Of a stretch of DNA of 64,000 nt, positions 34,690-44,318 are shown piece after piece (positions within the stretch are counted from its first letter, which is position 1; every line of letters starts with the position of its first letter). Under the pieces are notes generated by a model that was not told the origin of the DNA, ran no database searches, and saw only the letters and a program-made list of their open reading frames with translations. Made by a program: the position numbers and the translations under genes. Origin of the DNA: an uncultured Pseudomonadota bacterium (GTDB taxonomy: Bacteria > Pseudomonadota > Gammaproteobacteria > Burkholderiales > JALYOK01); the NCBI GenBank assembly GCA_963714525.1, contig CAVQPB010000021.1, forward strand, positions 16,149-80,148, read 5' to 3'.

Positions 34690-35301
34690 TTAAGCGGCTT
34701 TACTCGAATAACTTGAATTACTGCCGGTCAAAAAATCCTGTACCGAACCTACGCCGAGTTCCTTGGCGTTAAACAAACTTTCCAACTGCTCGCGATTGTT
34801 GATCATGCCCTTGGCGCGGATCGCGCCCGTCTCGTCGATCAGCACGGCGTAGGGCAAACGGCTGACGCGGTAGGTCATGCCCAGATCCGACGATAACACA
34901 TAGGGAAACTCCATCAGCTTGGCGTCGCGATAAAAGGCCAGATGTTGCGTCGCCTCACCGTCGCTGGCCAGGATCACTTGCAGCCATTCGCGTTCGGCTT
35001 GAGAAGCGGATTTCAGAATGGGCAATAGTTTTTTACACACGGGACACGTGGGCGAGAGGAAGAACAACAACTGACTCGACGCACGCTGTCCGCCGATGGC
35101 GATGACCGTGCCGTTCAGCGCTGGCAATTCAAACTTCGGCGCAGCCTCGCCGAGCTTGGGGCCGGCGTCCGTGATGAGCGCCCCCATGGGTGCGACCCTC
35201 TCGTACAGGATGCCTACCTGCCGCGCCAGCGCCCATAACGCAACGATGACGCCGAGCAGCAACACCCATAAGATCGCGTTCGAAATCATTAGGCTGGTCA
35301 C
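34690..35301 (-). CDS. mauD: methylamine dehydrogenase accessory protein MauD (thioredoxin-like)
   Basis: N-terminal TM helix and a thioredoxin fold with a CPVC motif (LSPTCPVCKKLLP). It overlaps mauE by 4 nt. Confidence 0.85.
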   Translation of the reverse strand: MTSLMISNAILWVLLLGVIVALWALARQVGILYERVAPMGALITDAGPKLGEAAPKFELPALNGTVIAIGGQRASSQLLFFLSPTCPVCKKLLPILKSASQAEREWLQVILASDGEATQHLAFYRDAKLMEFPYVLSSDLGMTYRVSRLPYAVLIDETGAIRAKGMINNREQLESLFNAKELGVGSVQDFLTGSNSSYSSKAA

Positions 35302-35864
35302 GACGCAACTCCCGAGGGTTTGCCCTTAAGTTGAGCGATGCGGCCGAACTGGCGCAGCAACTCGTCAAACGTTAAATAGCTTCCGTAGAGCGCGAGCACG
35401 CCGACAATCAACGTAACGGCATCTAGCCATTCATAGGAACGGCCTACGCTGGGTGCGGACATGGCTAGGGCAATACACGCTAACAAGCCATTGCGCACTA
35501 CCAAGCCCCAAGACAACAAATGCACGTCTCCGCCGCAACCGCAATCGATTTGATGCCGACCGCGCACTAGGTTGATGGCGATAGCGATGCCGTAGACGGT
35601 CATTAATGCAGCAAAAACAACTAATCCTAGGGGACGCGTTATCGGGACAAGAACGCCGACCCCGATTGCTGCTTCAACATAGGGCAAGCTCCGCGCGATC
35701 GGCATTACGCCGGCACTTGGCAAAAGTTGGTAGGCATCGAGTGCGCCGGCGAACACGTCTGGCTCGGAGAATTTGTGCCAAGCAGCGGAAAACAAAATCA
35801 ACGCGACGCATCCCGCGACGGCGCTAGCGGCGACAGGGTCCGTCAGGAACGGATACCACTGCAT
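35298..35864 (-). CDS. mauE: methylamine utilisation membrane protein MauE
   Basis: 188-aa polytopic membrane protein in the canonical position between the heavy-chain gene and mauD. Its ATG overlaps the mauB stop by 1 nt. Confidence 0.8.
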   Translation of the reverse strand: MQWYPFLTDPVAASAVAGCVALILFSAAWHKFSEPDVFAGALDAYQLLPSAGVMPIARSLPYVEAAIGVGVLVPITRPLGLVVFAALMTVYGIAIAINLVRGRHQIDCGCGGDVHLLSWGLVVRNGLLACIALAMSAPSVGRSYEWLDAVTLIVGVLALYGSYLTFDELLRQFGRIAQLKGKPSGVAS

Positions 35865-36997
35865 TATTCCGCCTCAAGCTGACCGGGAAACTCGCCAACT
35901 TGGGTCAAGCGGACTTTGGCTTTTGGTGAAATCTTATCCCAAACGACTACGGATGCTTTCATCGGGTCGATCGCGTACAGCCGTTTGCCGTCGGCGGATG
36001 GCTCCAACGCAATCGCCGAATTGCCGGGCAGGCGAGCGACCCGTTTCTTCGTTTGAGTGTCGAACGCCCAAATCTCGTTCGCAGGATTTTTATGACTACC
36101 TTCCACGCCGCCTGTATGCATCGTGACGTAAAGCCGATTGGTGCCCGGATGCACGGCGAGAGGCTGGTAGCCGCCCGGCCGCCAGGCTTTCTTCTGGTCG
36201 GCTTTCGATAGTAGCGGCCAAGTCCCTTCCAAGACCGCCGTGTCGCCGCCAACATTGACAGTCGCGATATTGCCTTTGAAGCTGACAAAGTGATAACGAT
36301 CGCCGTCTTGTTCGCCTTGCATAAACCAGGCATCTTCATCGGGATCGAAAAACTTACCGCTCGACGTGCGCGATGCTTCCTTGCCGCTGTCGTCTATCGT
36401 CACAGTGCTGACGTTGCCTTCGCCGCACAGGGAAGCAAAACGTTTTGAGTTGGACTGGGCAGGATAGATTGCCCAACAACCCGGCATGGAAATATCGCCG
36501 ACGTCTTTCTTCGCCTGCATATCGACCACCGTGACCGATGTTGCGGGAGTGGAGTTCTGTATGAACAGCCAGCGGCCGTCGGCGGATAAACGGATCAAGC
36601 CTTCGTAATTCAGCGCCATGGCGCGCTTGTCCGAAATAGGAATCTCGTACTTAAACGACAAATTATCCGCATCCCAGACTTCGACCACATCGACGCGATC
36701 GCCGCGCTGCCCGCGGGACAAATAGCCGGTAGCGACTATGATTTCGCGCTTGTTATTGCTCAGGATGAATTGGCCCGTGAAACCGGTGCCTATCATCCCA
36801 AGGTAATTGCCGCTTTCGGCGTCGACGACGTGAAGTTTGCCGTCGGATATATGATTAATCGCTATGTCGGAAATATAAATCCGATGCTTAGCGGTGATGG
36901 CGGGAAGCGTGCCGACCGTATCGTTGGGAAGGTCCGCCCAGACCGCCGTGGAGAGGGCTAACAAGCTGGTTACGACGATACCGCAATTGACATTCAT
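35864..36997 (-). CDS. mauB: TTQ-dependent amine dehydrogenase heavy (large) subunit, beta-propeller
   Basis: 377 aa with a signal peptide. RIYISD..., GDRVDVVEVWDADNL, AWRPGGYQPLAVH and RLYVTMH resemble the MADH/AADH alpha subunit. Confidence 0.9.
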   Translation of the reverse strand: MNVNCGIVVTSLLALSTAVWADLPNDTVGTLPAITAKHRIYISDIAINHISDGKLHVVDAESGNYLGMIGTGFTGQFILSNNKREIIVATGYLSRGQRGDRVDVVEVWDADNLSFKYEIPISDKRAMALNYEGLIRLSADGRWLFIQNSTPATSVTVVDMQAKKDVGDISMPGCWAIYPAQSNSKRFASLCGEGNVSTVTIDDSGKEASRTSSGKFFDPDEDAWFMQGEQDGDRYHFVSFKGNIATVNVGGDTAVLEGTWPLLSKADQKKAWRPGGYQPLAVHPGTNRLYVTMHTGGVEGSHKNPANEIWAFDTQTKKRVARLPGNSAIALEPSADGKRLYAIDPMKASVVVWDKISPKAKVRLTQVGEFPGQLEAE

Positions 36998-37145
36998 AGC
37001 GTTTCCTCCAATTTTTCTGCGTAACGCTTTAGAACACGGTTTGTTGATATTTCACTCTACTATAGAACGCTGAAGTTGGGAATAGCAGTAGACCCGCTCC
37101 GTAAATCGATTGCGCAGGCCGATCTACCCTCTATAGAATGATGCA

Positions 37146-38045
37146 ATGCAACGAAAACAATCACCGGTGCGGCGACCCAAATTCTTCCAGAATACTATCG
37201 CGATGGTCTATGACTTCGACGGCACCCTGTCGCCGCAGCCGATGCAGGAATACACGGTGCTGCCGAAGATCGGCATCGACAGTAAAACTTTTTGGGATCG
37301 CGTGAATAAAGAAGCTCACGAGACCGGCTCCGATTCCATGCTGGTCTATATGCGTTTGATGTTGCGCGAAGCGAATAAGCGCGAAGTCTCGATCAAGCGC
37401 GAAGATTTCGCCAAACTCGCGCATTCGATAGAGTATTTTCCCGGTGTCGAGACTTGGTTCGGCCGCGTGAATGCTTACGTAAAGCGGCGTGCGGCGGGCA
37501 GGGTCAAGGTGCAGCATTACATCATCTCCGCCGGCCAGAAGGAAATACTGGACGGCGTGTCGATTCGCAAACACTTTAAACAAATTTACGCGTCGGAATA
37601 TCATTTCGATCATAACGGCGTCGCTGATTTTCCGAAAGTGTTGATCAACGACACCACAAAAACCCAGTTCTTATTCCGCGTTAACAAAGGCCGCGAAGTG
37701 TTGAACGAATCCATCAACGAACACATGCCGGAAAACCTGCGGCCGATTCCGTTCAGCAACATGATCTACATCGGCGACGGCATGAGCGATGTGCCGTCGA
37801 TGGCGTTGACAAAAAAAAATGGCGGCCACACGATCGCCGTGCACGATCCGAAAAAGAAAAGCGGCCTTGAGCAATGCGTCAGCCTGATGCGCGCCAACCG
37901 GGTTGATCTGATCGCACCGGCGGACTATCGCAAGGGCGGCAAATTAGCGTTGCAAGTGGAACTGCTGCTCGACGCGGTCATCGCCAACATCGCCTACGAC
38001 GAGGAAATATTCGGCTGCAAGATCGACCACGGTCTATATGCTTAA
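37146..38045 (+). CDS. HAD-superfamily hydrolase
   Basis: Motif I VYDFDGTL and motif IV IYIGDGMSDVP. 299 aa. Confidence 0.7.
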   Translation: MQRKQSPVRRPKFFQNTIAMVYDFDGTLSPQPMQEYTVLPKIGIDSKTFWDRVNKEAHETGSDSMLVYMRLMLREANKREVSIKREDFAKLAHSIEYFPGVETWFGRVNAYVKRRAAGRVKVQHYIISAGQKEILDGVSIRKHFKQIYASEYHFDHNGVADFPKVLINDTTKTQFLFRVNKGREVLNESINEHMPENLRPIPFSNMIYIGDGMSDVPSMALTKKNGGHTIAVHDPKKKSGLEQCVSLMRANRVDLIAPADYRKGGKLALQVELLLDAVIANIAYDEEIFGCKIDHGLYA

Positions 38046-39018
38046 CAGCCATTCGTTCGGGGTGCTAAAGTGCCTATCGGAGGTGGAGTTCCGCTCGGGT
38101 ACGCAGATTGCCACTAAGCTCGGCGTGTCGCGCGCGACCCTGTCTAATTCTCTCAAAGATGTCGATCAACTCGGTGTTCAGGTCTACAAAGTCCACGGCC
38201 GTGGCTACCGGCTGGCAGTGCCGCTGGATTGGTTGGACTACGCCCAGGTCGTTCGCGCGCTCGGCCCCGCCGCCAAGTACTTCAATCTCGAAGTAGTGGA
38301 TGTTTCGGCCTCGACCAATACGGCGTTGATGGAACGAGCCGCCTCGGGAATTCCGAGCGGGACGGTGCTTGCCGCGGAGTATCAAAGCGAAGGTCGCGGC
38401 CGCCGTGGCCGGCGCTGGTTCGCGCCTTTGTGCGGCGGATTAACGTTTTCCTTGCTGTGGCGCTTTAACCAGGGTGCTGCGCAGTTGTCGTGCCTTAGCT
38501 TGGCGGTCGGGCTTGCCATCGCGCGCGCGTTACGCGAGCTAGGCGTGCGCGATGCGCAGCTCAAGTGGCCCAACGATATCCTGCATCATTACCGTAAGCT
38601 GGGCGGAATATTAATCGAGCTATCGGGAGATGTGCTGGGACCGACGTTGGCGGTGATCGGTGTTGGCGTCAACGTGCGGATCGATGAAACGACGTTGACT
38701 AAAATCGACCAAGCGACGACGGATTTGGCGAGTGTGCTGGAAGTAATACCGGCCCGCAGCGAGTTATTGGGTCAATTTTTGATACACCTTAGCAATATCT
38801 TGCCCCAGTTCGAAGCCGAAGGCTTTGCGCCGTTCCGCGACGAGTGGCTGGCTTGCCACGCCTATCAGAATCGATCGGTGCGCATGCTGTTGCCGCGCAA
38901 TACGGTGGAAGAGGGGGTGGTGACGGGCATAGCCGAAGACGGTAGCTTGTTGATCGATCGCCACGGGGGGACCAAGCGCTACACCGTCGGTGAAATTAGC
39001 TTGACCGCAGTACCATGA
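38038..39018 (+). CDS. birA: bifunctional biotin--[acetyl-CoA-carboxylase] ligase / biotin operon repressor
   Basis: N-terminal wHTH (GTQIATKLGVSRATLSNSLK) and the ligase motif QSEGRGRRGRRW. Confidence 0.9.
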   Translation: MLNSHSFGVLKCLSEVEFRSGTQIATKLGVSRATLSNSLKDVDQLGVQVYKVHGRGYRLAVPLDWLDYAQVVRALGPAAKYFNLEVVDVSASTNTALMERAASGIPSGTVLAAEYQSEGRGRRGRRWFAPLCGGLTFSLLWRFNQGAAQLSCLSLAVGLAIARALRELGVRDAQLKWPNDILHHYRKLGGILIELSGDVLGPTLAVIGVGVNVRIDETTLTKIDQATTDLASVLEVIPARSELLGQFLIHLSNILPQFEAEGFAPFRDEWLACHAYQNRSVRMLLPRNTVEEGVVTGIAEDGSLLIDRHGGTKRYTVGEISLTAVP

Positions 39019-39743
39019 TCCTCGCGATCGACGTGGGTAATAGCCGCATAAAGTGGGGCGGCTATCGAGACGGAGACTGGGTTTTTACAGGCGCCGTTGC
39101 AAACGATGAATTGCCGGCGCTTGCAAGTGCGTTGGCTGTGATTCCGAAGCCGGACAAGATTGCGATATCTAACGTGGCGGGCGAACGCCTACGTGTCGGC
39201 TTGGCCGAAACTTTGGCTCGATTCTCGGTAACAACGCATTGGATTGTCGCAGAGCGGGAACGATGCGGCGTAAAAAATAGCTACGCGGATCCGGCTAAGC
39301 TCGGCAGCGATCGCTGGGCGGCTTTGATCGCCGCGCGCCGCCTGCAGCGCGGCCCGGTGGTGGTCGTGAACGCCGGGACGGCGCTCACGGTCAATGCATT
39401 GTCGGCGTCCGGAGAATTCCTCGGCGGGTTGATTGTTCCCGGGATTAAACTCATGCTGCAGTCATTGACGACGGGCACCGCCCACGCCCATGCTCGGCAT
39501 GGTGAATTCGTCGCGTTTCCCACCAACACCCTGGATGCAGTTTATTCCGGCGCGATGAACGCCGCTTTAGGTAGCGTTGAACGCGTTGTTGCGGCATTGA
39601 GTGCGCGCGAAAGTTCATCGGTAAGTTGTATTGTCAGTGGGGGCGCTGCGCCGACGCTCATGCCTCATCTCGGAGCCAATGCGGTCGAGGTCCCGAATCT
39701 AGTTCTGCAGGGGCTCGTTATTCTTACGGAGTCGTCGGCGTGA
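39015..39743 (+). CDS. coaX: type III pantothenate kinase
   Basis: MILAIDVGNSRIKWG..., GSDRWAALIAA and VVNAGTALTV are typical of CoaX. It overlaps birA by 4 nt. Confidence 0.9.
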   Translation: MILAIDVGNSRIKWGGYRDGDWVFTGAVANDELPALASALAVIPKPDKIAISNVAGERLRVGLAETLARFSVTTHWIVAERERCGVKNSYADPAKLGSDRWAALIAARRLQRGPVVVVNAGTALTVNALSASGEFLGGLIVPGIKLMLQSLTTGTAHAHARHGEFVAFPTNTLDAVYSGAMNAALGSVERVVAALSARESSSVSCIVSGGAAPTLMPHLGANAVEVPNLVLQGLVILTESSA

Positions 39744-39883
39744 GGGTGTTATTTTTCGTTTTGCTGATTGCGAATTTGGCGCTGTTCGCCATTGCGCAAT
39801 GGAGCTCGCCCGATTCGCCGGTGCAAACCCGGGAAGAGTTGTATCCCGAAAAACTGCGACTTCTTACGCCCGACGAAAAGTAA
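39740..39883 (+). CDS. possible small membrane protein (47 aa)
   Basis: The GTG overlaps the coaX stop (GTGA). It encodes one TM helix, VRVLFFVLLIANLALFAIAQW. No family was recognised. Confidence 0.3.
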   Translation: MRVLFFVLLIANLALFAIAQWSSPDSPVQTREELYPEKLRLLTPDEK

Positions 39884-39920
39884 CCCTCAGCGCCGAGCGT
39901 GCCGAGTAGCGGACGGCGGC

Positions 39921-40817
39921 CTAATTCGACAGGATTACAGGCATTAACTCGGTGATTCGCTCAATGCGGCCGGACCTTTCCTTTGCCGTCGTCAAGGAAG
40001 GATAAGGCCCACTGCGAACCCGGTATAAACCGTCTGAGAACGAGATCTGGAGCGTTTCTCCGAGCGACTTCAATTCCGTCTGCAACTTGCGGAAAAAACT
40101 ATCGGCGCTGCCACGGCCCGCGAACGCGCCGAGTTGCAGATAAAATTTTGTCTTCGGCATCGCTTGGTTCAGGGTCTGCGGGTTGCTCCCAGATACGGGA
40201 GAGGTGGTAATGGTTTCCACTTCGACAGTAACGCTTCCCTGTTCAACGTAACCCAATCTGTACGCGGCCGCGTAAGATAAGTCGATGACTCGTTCGTGGC
40301 GGAACGGGCCGCGGTCGTTGATTCGCACCGTCACGGTTTTGTTATTTTGTAAATTCGTCACGCGAACGTAGCTTGGAATCGGCAAAGTAGGATGCGCCCC
40401 GGTCATTTGATACATATCGTAAGCTTCACCCGATGCCGTCGGTTTACCGTGGTAGCGACGGCCGTACCACGAAGCAACGCCCCGGGCCTTGTAACCGCGC
40501 GCGTCTTTAGTCGGCACGTACCGGAGTCCGAACGCCATGTAGGGCTGATTGGCGTAGGGGTGCGGTTTCTCAAACCTCGGCACCGCATCCGGAATTTTGT
40601 CTAAGTTTGCGGGCGGGTTATCGCCTGGGCCATCATCTAAGTAATAACCGCCTTCTTTGCTTGTGGCTGGGAGCGGCTTCTTTTCAGTCTCCGCTTGAAC
40701 TACCGGTGAAGGTGGTTTGATGAATGGCGGGACCGAACTAACCTGTCGTGGCGCAGACGCACAACCGAATAGGGCAGCCAAGATTGTCAATGAAGTAACG
40801 AGTTTAAGTTTGATCAT
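39921..40817 (-). CDS. rlpA: septal ring lytic transglycosylase RlpA family lipoprotein with C-terminal SPOR domain
   Basis: Lipobox LAALFGCAS. The DPBB region reads ASWYGRRYHGKPTASGEAYDMYQMTGAHPTLPIPSYVRVTNLQN...VRINDRGPF. The SPOR-like end reads FYLQLGAF. The ATG overlaps the rodA stop (ATGA). Confidence 0.85.
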   Translation of the reverse strand: MIKLKLVTSLTILAALFGCASAPRQVSSVPPFIKPPSPVVQAETEKKPLPATSKEGGYYLDDGPGDNPPANLDKIPDAVPRFEKPHPYANQPYMAFGLRYVPTKDARGYKARGVASWYGRRYHGKPTASGEAYDMYQMTGAHPTLPIPSYVRVTNLQNNKTVTVRINDRGPFRHERVIDLSYAAAYRLGYVEQGSVTVEVETITTSPVSGSNPQTLNQAMPKTKFYLQLGAFAGRGSADSFFRKLQTELKSLGETLQISFSDGLYRVRSGPYPSLTTAKERSGRIERITELMPVILSN

Positions 40818-41908
40818 GTTTGCACCAATTTTTTTTGGCTTTGAATACTCATGAGTATACCTAGGCTTGTGAGTATAGTGACGAGAGCCGTTCCGCCGTA
40901 GCTTACCAACGGGAGGGGTATGCCGACCACGGGAAGTATGCCGCTTACCATACCCATATTGACGAAAGCATAAGTGAATAAGGTCAAGGTCACCGCGCCG
41001 GCCACCAGCCGACCAAAGAGATTGCCGGCGCCATAGGCGATCATCATGCCTCGGACAACGAGGGCGAAGTAGAGGATCAGTAAAACCAGATTGCCGATGA
41101 GGCCGAACTCCTCGCCATAGACGGCAAAGATGAAATCCGTGGTTCTCTCCGGTAAGAAATCCAAGTGAGCCTGAGTGCCGTTCATCCAGCCCTTGCCGCT
41201 GATTCCACCGGACCCCAACGCGATAGTCGATTGAATGGTGTGGTACCCCGCACCGAGGGGATCTTGGGCGGGATCGAGTAAAGTCAACACCCGCTGGCGC
41301 TGGTAGTCGTGCATCAGCGGCCAGGCTACGGGAATGCTGGCGGCGGCGAGCACCCCTAATCCGACCAGCACTTTCCAACTCAGGCCGGCAAGAAACAACA
41401 CATAGAATCCGGACGCGGCAACCAGTAACGCGGTGCCAAGATCGGGTTGCTTAATGATGAGGAGAACGGGTATGCCTAAGAGGATGGCCGCAATCATGAA
41501 ATCGAACAGCCGTAAGTTGGCTTCGCGCTTGTGAAAATACCATGCCAACATCAATGGCATGGCTATTTTCATAAGTTCGGACGGCTGAATTCGGGTGACG
41601 CCGATATGCAGCCAGCGCCGGGCGCCCATGCTGATTTCTCCAAATAGCGCGACGCCCACGAGGAGGACAATGCCGACGGCATAAATCGGCGCCGCGGCCT
41701 GCAACAAATACTGTGCGGGTATCAAAGCCACGATCCACATCATGCTTACGGCAATCGCGAGATTACGCAACTGATCGATCACTCGCGCGCTATCTTCGCC
41801 GGCCGCACTGTATAGGACCATCAATCCGCAACCAATCAACAATAACATCGGCGTCAACAAACCCGCATCCAGCGGTGCGAATAGGCGCACCAGTAATTGC
41901 CTAATCAT
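40814..41908 (-). CDS. rodA: SEDS-family peptidoglycan polymerase RodA
   Basis: A 10-TM protein with YSAAGE..., IQPSELMKIAMPL and PLPLVSYGGTA, typical of RodA/FtsW. The start is ATG 41908 or GTG 41926. Confidence 0.9.
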   Translation of the reverse strand: MIRQLLVRLFAPLDAGLLTPMLLLIGCGLMVLYSAAGEDSARVIDQLRNLAIAVSMMWIVALIPAQYLLQAAAPIYAVGIVLLVGVALFGEISMGARRWLHIGVTRIQPSELMKIAMPLMLAWYFHKREANLRLFDFMIAAILLGIPVLLIIKQPDLGTALLVAASGFYVLFLAGLSWKVLVGLGVLAAASIPVAWPLMHDYQRQRVLTLLDPAQDPLGAGYHTIQSTIALGSGGISGKGWMNGTQAHLDFLPERTTDFIFAVYGEEFGLIGNLVLLILYFALVVRGMMIAYGAGNLFGRLVAGAVTLTLFTYAFVNMGMVSGILPVVGIPLPLVSYGGTALVTILTSLGILMSIQSQKKLVQT

Positions 41909-43797
41909 GTTCCTCGACGTCCTCACTCGGCACGACTGGCGCGGCGGGCATTTTCCCGAGCAAGTAATAGTCCAACACCTGTCGCGCGATCGGCGCGGCA
42001 GTAGAGCCGCCGTGGCCGCCGTTCTCGACGATCATTCCGAGCGCGATACGTGGATCATGGGCCGGAGCGTAGGCAATGAATAGGGCGTGATCGCGGTAGC
42101 GCTCTTCGACGGTTTTTTCATCGTAGCGCTCGCCTTGCTTTATGCTCTTTACTTGTGCTGTGCCGGTTTTGCCGCCGAAACTATACTCCGCACCCGCGGC
42201 TGCGCGAGCGGCCGTTCCACCCGGCTGAGTCACGGCTACCATGGCGTCTAGCACCAGACGCTAAATCTTCGTTTTTAAAATTGAAGGGGGTACGCTCCGG
42301 GTAGACGACAGGTTTAGTTTCACCGGTTCGGCTATCTTGTATCGCTTTTACGAAATGGGGAGGGATATCCACGCCTTTGTTTGCAATCATCGCCGTGGCG
42401 TGGGCGAGTTGGAGCGGTGTGACTAAGGTGTAGCCCTGGCCGATGCCTGCAATAACAGTTTCACCCGGATACCACACTTGCTTAAAACGCTTTTGCTTCC
42501 AGGCGCGCGACGGCAGGTTACCGCCTACTTCATCCTTGACGTCGATGCCGGTTTTTTGACCAAATCCAAACTTACTCAGAAAATCATGCATTTTATCGAT
42601 ACCCAGTTCGTGAGCCAGGCCGTAGTAATAGGTATCGCAGGAAATGACGACGGACTTTTTTAGATCCACGGAACCGTGCCCGCCCGAGCGCCAGCAACGG
42701 TAGCGATGGCTTGAGCCCGACAAGCTGAAATAACCCGGGTCAAAAATCGTCGTGCTCGGCGAGCGGACGCCGTAGTGTAATCCTGCCAGCGCCATGAACG
42801 GTTTGATTGTCGAGCCGGGCGGATACACGCCCCGAATCGCGCGGTTATTTAGCGGCTTTTCCGGAGAATTGTTGTACTCGTCCCAACTTACTTGATCGAT
42901 ACCGTCGACAAATAGATTGGGATCGAAACCCGGTTGACTAACGAAAGCTAAAATTTCGCCATTTTTTGGATCGATCGCAACCAGAGAACCGCGATACTTG
43001 CCAAAGGCTTTTTCGGTGATCTGCTGTAGCTTTAGATCAAGGCTTAGGATCAAGTTGTTGCCGGCAATCGGTTCTTCGCGGTTGAGGGAACGTACTGCTC
43101 GACCGCCGGCATCGATCTCCACCTGTTCGAATCCGGTTTGGCCGTGGAGTTCGTCTTCGTAGCTTTCTTCGATACCGATTTTTCCGAGGTGATCGGAGCC
43201 GCGATAGTTGGAAAGTTTTTCTTTTGCTTCCAAGGCTTCGAGGTCTTTATCGTTGATGCGGCCAATGTAGCCGATCGCATGGGAAGCCGAGACTCCTTGC
43301 GGGTAGTTGCGAAATAGCCGGGCATTAATATCGACGCCGGGAAAGCGGAATCGATTCGCTGCGAACCGTGCGACTTCCTCTTCGGAAAGGCGATTCTTGA
43401 TGGGTAGGCTTTCGAACCGATGACTTTCTTCGCGTAATTTATTGAATCGCTTTCGATCCCTGGGGGTAATGTTAACCAAACCGGCCAACTCATCAATGGT
43501 AGCGTTAAGGTCGGCGACTTTGCTCGGCGTGATTTCCAAGGTATACGCCGAGAAGTTATTCGCCAGCACTAGCCCGGAGCGATCCAGGATCAAACCGCGA
43601 TTGGGCACCACCGGCAGGATGGACATACGGTTGTTTTCTGCGAGGGTGTGGTAGTGATCATGCTGGACGACTTGCAAAATATAAAAACGCGCCGCTAAAA
43701 TCCCCAGCGAAGCCAGCACGACCACGCCGCAAAACCAAAGGCGCAACCGAAAATAGTTGAGTTGAACTTGTTGCTCGGAAAATGCGGTACTGGCCAT
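41901..43797 (-). pseudogene. mrdA: penicillin-binding protein 2 (MrdA) interrupted by a 1-nt frameshift (or sequence error)
   Basis: The 538-aa ORF (43797-42181) carries the N-terminal and transpeptidase SxxK region, then runs into nonsense after ...FNFKNEDLA. The frame carrying LVLDAMVAVTQPGGTA...GGKTGTAQV...IAYAP (KTG box) opens at 42260. Deleting the base at about 42258 joins them. Confidence 0.85.
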
Positions 43798-44318
43798 CAG
43801 TCGTTATAGGCCCGCCTGGCGAGCAATTGCGGGTACTCGAGTGCGAAAACGATCACCGGCCACAGTAATGCGCCGACAAAGCTGGCCAAGAAGTAACTCC
43901 AGCCGGGAAAACTAGAGGGAAGAAACACGTGGGTGAGCGCAACTAAAAATTGATGGACTAATAGGATGGCGAGTATGTGCAGCGCTTGTTGCCAAAGCTT
44001 GAACTTAAGGATGCGTAAACGCAATACGAGCGTTAAAAAAATTGCCACCGTATAGGAAAGCGCGTGTTGGCCCAGTACGTTTCCATCCGCCACGTCCACT
44101 AACAGGCCGAGGACAAAACCGATTGCAAATCCACCGTGCCTGGGTTGATGGATACTCCAATAAAGCAATACGATAAGCGGTAATTCCACACGAAGGTAGG
44201 CGAGTATGCCATCCGCGGGTAGGAGATAAACCAAATAAGCCACAATAAAAGTGATGAATACAAACCGACCGGAGGGCGGCTCGCGCATGACGTCTTTCGG
44301 ATCGGCGATTAAGCTCAT
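43797..44318 (-). CDS. mreD: rod shape-determining protein MreD
   Basis: 173-aa polytopic membrane protein in the canonical position between mreC and mrdA. Confidence 0.85.
   Translation of the reverse strand: MSLIADPKDVMREPPSGRFVFITFIVAYLVYLLPADGILAYLRVELPLIVLLYWSIHQPRHGGFAIGFVLGLLVDVADGNVLGQHALSYTVAIFLTLVLRLRILKFKLWQQALHILAILLVHQFLVALTHVFLPSSFPGWSYFLASFVGALLWPVIVFALEYPQLLARRAYND

Noticed and set aside
34085-34693. 202-aa plus-strand ORF
   Set aside because: It is antisense to the unmistakable amine dehydrogenase light-chain gene. The product is Arg/Ala/Gly-rich and low in complexity, typical of shadow ORFs in GC-rich DNA.
37811-37819. A9 homopolymer inside the HAD hydrolase gene as a phase-variation (slipped-strand) switch
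   Set aside because: The frame is intact (LTKKNGG), there is only a single tract, and the gene class is not one typically phase-varied. It was noted only as evidence that long homopolymers are resolved correctly in this assembly.
40818-41378. N-terminal 187 residues of the 485-aa minus-strand ORF (39921-41378)
   Set aside because: This part overlaps rodA in another frame and is Arg/Gly/His-rich nonsense. The real gene (rlpA) starts at the lipoprotein signal MIKLKL at 40817.
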